From: Macrostomum lignano
Lineage: Eukaryota
Direction of reading: 5' to 3'
DNA length: 64,000 nucleotides
NCBI GenBank assembly: GCA_002269645.1
Contig: NIVC01000001.1
Span: forward strand, 744,001-808,000
Shown here: positions 57,457 to 64,000 of the stretch, one piece after another
How positions within the stretch are numbered: position 1 is the first letter of the stretch
How the letters are laid out: every line of letters starts with the position of its first letter
The notes under the pieces: generated by a model
Told to the model about the DNA's origin: nothing
Seen by the model: only the letters and a program-made list of their open reading frames with translations
The model's database searches: none
Made by a program: the position numbers and the translations under genes

Positions 57457-60400
57457 TCAGGGTGGTCCGCCGGTCCGTCCTGCAGCGTGATCTTCCGTTG
57501 GGAAGAAACTGGCTCGTCTAGTCGCCCGAAGGAACTGGATGAGCCGTGGGATGCTGTCGGGCTGGCAGACCTCGTCAATGGACGGGTTCGGCCCGAGGTA
57601 GCGTAGCCGGTCTCTGTTAAAGAGAGGGCAGTGACAGACAAAGTGCTGAGCATCTTCATTGTCGCACTCGCAAAAGGGGCAAATTTCGCTCTCGAGGTCG
57701 CCTCGGAGGAAGCAGTGCCTGGCGAGGTAGCCATGGCCGGTAAGGGTCATGACAAGGGCTCGAATATCCTTCCGATTCTGGTTCAGAAGGATGTTTCTGA
57801 GCCTGTGAGACGGGCAAGGAACCGCGGCACGAGATTGCCGGCAGTTTTGGGTGCCCGCCCATCTGTCCCTGTGGAGGGAGTCAGCCCAGTCGTCGATCTG
57901 ACGATTGATGACTGTCAAGGGCATAGGGACCAGGGGGCAGGGCCGAAGAAAGAGCCAGAGCCGCCCCTCTTGGCGAGGGTGTCTGCCAGCTCGTTCCCCG
58001 GAAACCCTGCGTGCCCTGGGATCCACTTCAGCCTGACAGTATTGCTTCTGGCCAGGAGGTTGAGCTGCCGGGCGCAGTCGGCGACTGTCCGGGAGATCGT
58101 TGTGGTGTGGCAAAGGGCCTGTAAGGCCGCTTGGCTGTCGGAGTGGATGACAATAGTCTTTCCTCTCGTAACCTTGGCGTTCAGCTCTGCAGCGCAAGAG
58201 CTGATGGCAAGGACTTCGTTCTGGAAGACTGTGGAGAGTCTACCAGTGTGCTGGGCATGCGTGGCAATTACGCGGCCGTTGATGATGATGCAGACCCCAA
58301 AGCCGGCGCGACCGTCTTTGATGGATCCGTCCGTGTAGCAATGGACCTCCTGGAAATTCCAGTGGTCATTGGCAGCATCCCTAGAGGGGATGGTGACCTT
58401 GTAGCGCTGAAAGAGGTTGAGAGTGCGGGGTTCGCCGTCAGATAGGACGTGGAGCCCGCCGCTGTCTCTCAAGTCCTTGAGGCAGAGGTCAGCGTGGGGC
58501 AGAAGCTTGCGCTTAGCCATGGCCCTATGGGGCTGGATTCGAATGCCAGCGTCAGCTAGACGGCGGGCAGTCTTAGCCGCTTCCCTGCGGACAAAGATGT
58601 CCAGCGGAGGAATGTTGAGGAAGACGTTGAGGCCATCGTAGGGAGCAGACGGAGGGGCGCTCATGATCGTGCGACAAGCGCGCCCTTGCGCTCTCCTGAG
58701 AGCCTCTAGACAGGTCTTTATCTGCAGGGCGCTAGCCCAGATCAGGCCGCCATACGAGATAGCGGGCCTAACCATTGCAGTGTAGATCCACCAGAGGCGC
58801 TTGGGGGTGAGCCCCCAGGTGGTGCCGACAGCCCTGCGCAATTGCGCGAGGACTGCGAAGGCCTTTTTGGCTTTTGTTTGAACGTGGGGTGACCAGTTCA
58901 GCCTGTGGTCCAGGGTAATACCCAGACATTTAGTCTGCTTGCAGAAGGGGATTTCCCTTCCGTAAAGCGTGAGCGGCCGAATCTGCCACTTGGTCCTGCT
59001 GGTGAACATGATCGCTGCGGTCTTAGTCTCAGAGAGCCTTAAACCACAGCGGTCCGCCCATTGCTCAGCAGCGTAGATGAAGTTCTGAAGAAGGTCCCTG
59101 AGGGTATCAGGGGACGGACCAGATGCCACCGCGGTGACATCGTCCGCATATCCAACTTTCAGAATGGGGTCAGGCCGAACAACCCGGAGGAGCTCATCGA
59201 TGACCATATTCCAGAGAACTGGAGACAGCACCCCACCTTGCGGGCTACCTTTGCAGACGGGGACCGTCCTCTGGTAGCCCAGCAGACTGGCGGTGGCCGT
59301 GCGATGGCTGATCATGTACATGATCCATCTGGTGAGATGTGAGTGCGTTTGCCTCTCACAAAGAGCTCTTCGGAACGCCTCAAAGAGGACGTTATCGAAG
59401 GCGCCAATGATATCCAGGAAGATCCCCAGAGCAAAGCCATTACCAAGCACGGCCTTCTCGAGTTTATCGACCAGGACGTGCAGCGCGCTTTCAGTGGAGC
59501 GACCCGCCCGAAAAGCGTGCTGGTTCTCGCTGAGAGGTTTGTTCTTCAGCTAACAGAGAGAAGGCGCCAAAGCACCAGTCTCTCCATCAGCTTGACCAGG
59601 GAGGAGGTCAAGCTGATCGGTCTGAAGGATTTGATAGAATGGTAGTCCGAGCGGCCTGGCTTAGGGATAAAGATCACCTTTGCCTCGGTCCAAGCCTGTG
59701 GGACATAACCAAGCGTGATGCATGCCCGAAGAAGGCTGCAAAGTTTGCGCAGGAAGCCTGGGCATTTAACCGCCTCTCTTAGAAGGGCCGGTACAATGCC
59801 GTCGGGTCCTGGGGCTTTGAAAGGCTTGAAGGAATTTGCCGCTCTCACAATGCGGTCCTCCGTGATGATAGAGGCAGCCAGCGCGTGACCTCCCTCCGAG
59901 TGATCCGGAGTGGTCTGGTTAGCTGGCTCGTTGGGGAAAAACGCAGTGAGCATTACATCAAGCGTTTCCCCTGGGTTGTCCGTGGACGTACCGTCGGTGC
60001 GTTTGACCGAGGAGAGCTTAGACATTTTGTCCAGCGTGAGCGCTTTCACAACTCTGGAGGTGGGGCGTGAGCCCTCTAGCTCCTCACAGTATTGTCGCCA
60101 TTTTTGAGCCTTTGCATTCCTAACCTTCCTTTTAAACTCATGAATTGCTTCATGATAGGCGGTTTGGTCTGCAGGGCTCTTAGTTTTAGTTGCTCTGCGG
60201 TGGAGTCTCTTAGCCCTGCGACGGAGGTTGCCGAGCTCAGGATTCCACCACGGCGCCGATTTTTTCCCTTTATAGGCTTTTAAAGGGCAGGACGCCTCAA
60301 AGGCGGCGGTTAGCGTCTCTGTCAAAACAGTCGCGCACTCATCCGCCTCTCGGCACGACGTGATCGTGGATGGTAGGCCAGGAGACCGATGGAATTCCTT

Positions 60401-61157
60401 CAGGGCGAGCCCGAAGGTTTCCCAATCCGTATTTCTGGCGTTCCGTCTCCACGTAACACGAGTTGCGCTACGCGCGGCCATTAGGTTGAAGGAGATGAAC
60501 TTGTGATCCGAGAGTGAGGACACTGGAAGCACCCGCCACGCCCAATACTCTGGTAGAGTCTGGGCGTTGCGAGCGTAGCGTCGATCACCTCCGACCACCG
60601 TCCGTTGTCAAAGGTAGGGGTGGACCCAGAGTTGCAGAACTCGAGGGTCGTAGAGGCAACGTAGGCTAGGAGGTCTTCGCCTCTCTGATTAATGCCAGTG
60701 CTGCCCCAGTGAGTGTGGTGGGCGTTGATGTCGCCGGCAACCATGAGCTCGTAGTTTTTGGCAGAGCAGAGCTCTACCAGCGTAGCGAGGGCTCTGGGGA
60801 CGACCGCAGCATCGCCTGGTAGGTAAACCGAGGCAATGAGGGTGGTCTTCCCAGGAAGAAGGTCCTCGGATTGGATGACGCAGATGTCCCTGTTGGACAG
60901 GTCCGATCTGAGCCACGCACTGAGCGTTTTGCTCGCAAAGATCAAGCTCTGGGAGGCTGGTTGGCCTCGCGAGGGTAAGTATAAAAACAATTGTAGCCAG
61001 CAGGGGCGTTTTGAGGCTTACCTCTGAGAGTCCAGGGTTCCTGGACGAGGATGAGCCCCGGCTTGTCGAGCTCGGCGTAACGCATAAGGTTGACCGAGGC
61101 TGCGACGCAGTGCTGCAGATTAATCTGCAGGCAATGGATTCCCTGGTTGCTGATCAT
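57457..61157 (-). pseudogene. LINE ORF2 (APE-RT-RNase H) split by four apparent single-base frameshifts
   Basis: Consecutive ORF-track pieces 60942..61163, 60481..60990, 59546..60598, 57915..59450 and 57457..58197 join into one collinear protein, with shifts near 60950, 60545, 59550 and 57940. Confidence 0.85.
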
Positions 61158-61159
61158 TA

Positions 61160-62624
61160 TCACGCAGTTGGGGAATCGTTGAGCAGGTCATCCTCCTCCT
61201 TTTCAGTGGTGGGTGACCCGCAGACCTCCATGGGAGTTTCAGCGTCCTCAGCAGTTAGGGTGGCTGTGGAGTCCTCCGCGGACGTGAGCCCAGCGTGGAC
61301 GTTACCGTCGCCTCCCCTGCGTGCTTCGGTGCTGTCACTGCCCGTCCCCTCTGCCTCGTCGGTCAGGTCGATGCGGGTGGCGCCAGCCTCCTGGTGAGTC
61401 ACAGACTCGAACCAGTCGGTCGGAGCCTCCCCGCTTAGAGTCTGGCCTTCTGGCTGTTGGGGTGGAGCGCGAGAAGCGCGGGCCCGCTCACGATGCGCAC
61501 GAAGGTTCTTGGCCTGGTCCAGCGCGCGCTGGATCAGGCCGGACCTCCGGGTGCTCCTGGCGGGTCTGCGATTGCGATTTCCGGTTTCAGCAGCGCGAAC
61601 TGCCTTACCGGGCATAGGATCGGCCGTTTGCCTCGGCTTCTTTGCCGGAGGAGCCTGGGCCCCAGTTCCGGTTTCGGAAGCTTTGGCATTCTTGGCTTCA
61701 TCAGCTTTCCGCTCCTCGCAACGGAGGATGGTCAGCTGAGTCAGACCAATATGAATTGTGGACTTAGGCGGCAAGCGCTTAGCCCAGTCATCAGAGAGCC
61801 CTAGGATCACCGTAGCCCCCTTCTCCTTGCGGGAAGTGGCGTGGTGTAGGAGCCCGTTGACCTCAAGGTCGGGGTGCAGCTTTAGCAATATTTGCCTAAG
61901 CTGATCTCCGGACTTAATGGCACTGCCGGCCGGGATCCAGACGCGAAAGCGCTGGGTCTTCTGTCGTTCGCCTTCGCTGGCGAAGACGAGCTTGCCGAGC
62001 TTCTTGGGCCAGTTCAGCTTTGGCAGAAGCTCGCGTAGATTGCGGCTGCTCTCCTCCGAGCTGCACCAGATGAAGATGCAGCCGTCGGTCTTGGCAGACT
62101 TGACCACGCTCACAGGGCGGCCCGCCAGGAGCTGGTCGATGAGCGCAGCATCGATGGTGCGCCAGGCACTGTCGAGCTCGTCGGCCGTGAGGTCCTGCTC
62201 TTCCCCGAAGACGATGACCGCCGGTTGGAGCTTGACCTTTGAGGCGTAGTTGGTGGCGGCGGTTCCCAAAGGCCCGGCCGCGCTTGTAGCAGATATACTG
62301 GGTGGCTCACCAGCGGGGGTTGTATCCTGGGGGGCAGGGGTTGCTGTGGTTCCATTCGGCCCAACAGCAGCCTCGCCCTCCCTAGGTTCCCCTCCGCCGG
62401 TGGCCGGCCCGCAGTACCCGTAGTCGCCGTCGCCGCTCGTTGCGGCGTTGGTTGCGGGTGCGTCGGGCTTCAGCGGAGGGCCCGGTTGCGCGTGCGGGCA
62501 TGTCACCGGCCGAGCCGGCGGCAAGCCTATCTGCCCCCGGTGGGGCGGCGCTGGTGCCAGAGTCACCGGCCGGAGTTGCCGGGGCCCCGGCTTCAGCGGG
62601 GTTGAAAGAGGCGGATGACGCCAT
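61160..62624 (-). pseudogene. LINE ORF1 (gag-like; central region resembles LOA-clade ORF1/DUF4780-type), apparently with one frameshift near the N-terminus
   Basis: ATG at 62624 (MASSASF...); the frame continues as the 61160..62566 ORF and ends at TGA 61162-61160. The domain resemblance is from memory. Confidence 0.7.
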
Positions 62625-63480
62625 AGCTAAAAGCGGGAAGGAGTGAGCTGAGTCACAAAAAAAAGAGGAAAGAAGAAAAAGAAAAGGACCGCTAGCGACC
62701 GGACAACCCCCCGGCCTTCCAGCCCATCGGCACGGTCAAACACCTTAGGCATTAGGGGGTACGTTAAGCAGTACCACGGCCTGCAGGCTGGCAGGCCAGA
62801 CCCGCATACCCAAATTTGGCCGAAGCCACTGGATGGGTCGCCAGCGTCGGAGCCCAGTCTGTCCAGCAGCCCTAGGGTCTGCCTTGAACACACGCGGGGA
62901 CGAGTACCCTGGGTCGACTTGTGAAACAGCGTGGGGGGGGGTCTGCGGCTGCCAGCGGCAAATAGCGGGTGCAGACCTCCCTCTCCAGCCTTGACCTGCT
63001 GAAGATAGGGGCAGGCGTGAAGCATCGCAGACCGTAGCCCATAGGCCTGGTCTGTCTCATACTTCACTGGCGTGCTGAATACACCTACGCTTCTATGATT
63101 TTTTCATGACGCTTCTATGATTTTTTACATGACGCTTCTATGATTGTTTACATGACGCTTCTATGATTTTTTAAATGACGCTTTTATGATTTTTTACATG
63201 ACGCTTCTATGATTTTTTACATGACTCTTTTATGATTGTTTACATGACGCTTCTATGATTGTTTACATGACGCTTCTATGATTTTTTACATGACGCTTCT
63301 ATGATTGTTTATATGACGCTTCTATGATTTTTTAAATGACGCTTCTACGATTTTTTACATGACGCTTTTATGATGTTTTAGATGACGCTTCTATGATTTT
63401 TTACATGACGCTTCTATGATTTTTTACATGACGCTTCTATGATTGTTTACACGATGCTTCTATGATTTTTTATAAATCGG

Positions 63481-63780
63481 GCGGGCAGGCCAGACCCGCA
63501 TACCCAAATTTGGCCGAAGCCACTGGATGGGTCGCCAGCGTCGGAGCCCAGTCTGTCCAGCAGCCCTAGGGTCTGCCTTGAACACACGCGGGGACGAGTA
63601 CCCTGGGTCGACTTGTGAAACAGCGTGGGGGGGGGTCTGCGGCTGCCAGCGGCAAATAGCGGGTGCAGACCTCCCTCTCCAGCCTTGACCTGCTGAAGAT
63701 AGGGGCAGGCGTGAAGCATCGCAGACCGTAGCCCATAGGCCTGGTCTGTCTCATACTTCACTGGCGTGCTGAATACACCT
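63481..63780 (-). mobile_element. 5'-end-only copy (300 bp) of the LINE within the satellite
   Basis: Essentially identical to 62787-63086 and followed by the same ACGCTTCTAT junction and the same ~70 nt of satellite. Confidence 0.92.
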
Positions 63781-64000
63781 ACGCTTCTATGATTTTTTCA
63801 TGACGCTTCTATGATTTTTTACATGACGCTTCTATGATTGTTTACATGACGCCTCTATGATTTTTTACATGACGCTTCTACGATTTTTTACATGACGCTT
63901 CTATGATTTTTTACATGACACTTCTATGCTTTTTACATGATGCTTCCACGATTTTTTACATGACACTTCCACGATTTTTTACATGACGCTTCTATGATTT

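Larger units (their letters stand above)
57344..63086 (-). mobile_element. Near full-length non-LTR retrotransposon, LOA/R1-type (ORF1; ORF2 APE-RT-RNase H-CCHC), 5743 bp
   Basis: APE motifs LQINLQH, LVQEPW, GDINAHH, IDATL, SDH; RT motifs FRPISL, FLDIIGAFD, GSPQGGVLSP, YADD; RNase H motifs YTDGS, EVLAI, SDSQAAL, WIPGH..GNELAD; CPFC...H...C finger; (AAGT)n 3' tail; ACGCTTCTAT on both flanks (57334-57343, 63087-63096). Confidence 0.93.
55866..64000 (+). mobile_element. Helitron/HINE-like element, copy 2 (runs off the window end), hosting the satellite and the LINE insertion
   Basis: 55866 onward is collinear with 32888 onward (ACTAGCAATCTACGCC..., TAACCC repeats at ~56092-56146, then the same satellite from ~56600); it lacks the internal duplication of copy 1. 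Confidence 0.65.

Noticed and set aside
62627-63761. 146-aa and 104-aa ORFs in the LINE 5' region
   Set aside because: GTG starts, no motifs, located in the 5' UTR; the second is only the duplicated fragment.

Overview
Eukaryotic (metazoan) genomic DNA with GT-AG introns, GC-rich exons, TTAGGG-type hexamers and a very high load of tandem repeats. The style resembles a free-living flatworm such as Macrostomum, but that is inference only. Five host genes can be built by hand with consistent intron phases: (1) a 2-exon, 94-aa secreted four-cysteine peptide (- strand, 3738-4818); (2, 3) two tandem 15-exon ADAM metalloprotease-disintegrin paralogs (+ strand, 7931-21636 and 23914-32461), both with intact [12 protein letters not shown] zinc sites; (4) a 3-exon GT31 (beta-1,3-galactosyltransferase-like) type II membrane protein lacking the DxD motif (+ strand, 38924-42854); (5) a 3-exon JHAMT-like SAM methyltransferase (- strand, 44208-50104). 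Most long introns hold their own private mini- or microsatellite, and most long ORFs in the supplied track are translations of these repeats. Mobile DNA includes two tRNA-derived SINE families (one CORE-like), several hAT-type and other MITEs, a Tc1/IS630 deletion derivative, an RTE-like 3' fragment, and two copies of a Helitron/HINE-like element carrying telomeric hexamers and a 21-22 bp satellite. A near full-length LOA/R1-type LINE (57344-63086) sits in that satellite with a 10-bp target duplication, and a 5'-end-only copy lies nearby. The most unusual signals are a ~5 kb domain showing CpG/CpA-to-TpA conversion over the 5' part of the methyltransferase gene, and the nested Helitron-like > satellite > LINE structure.
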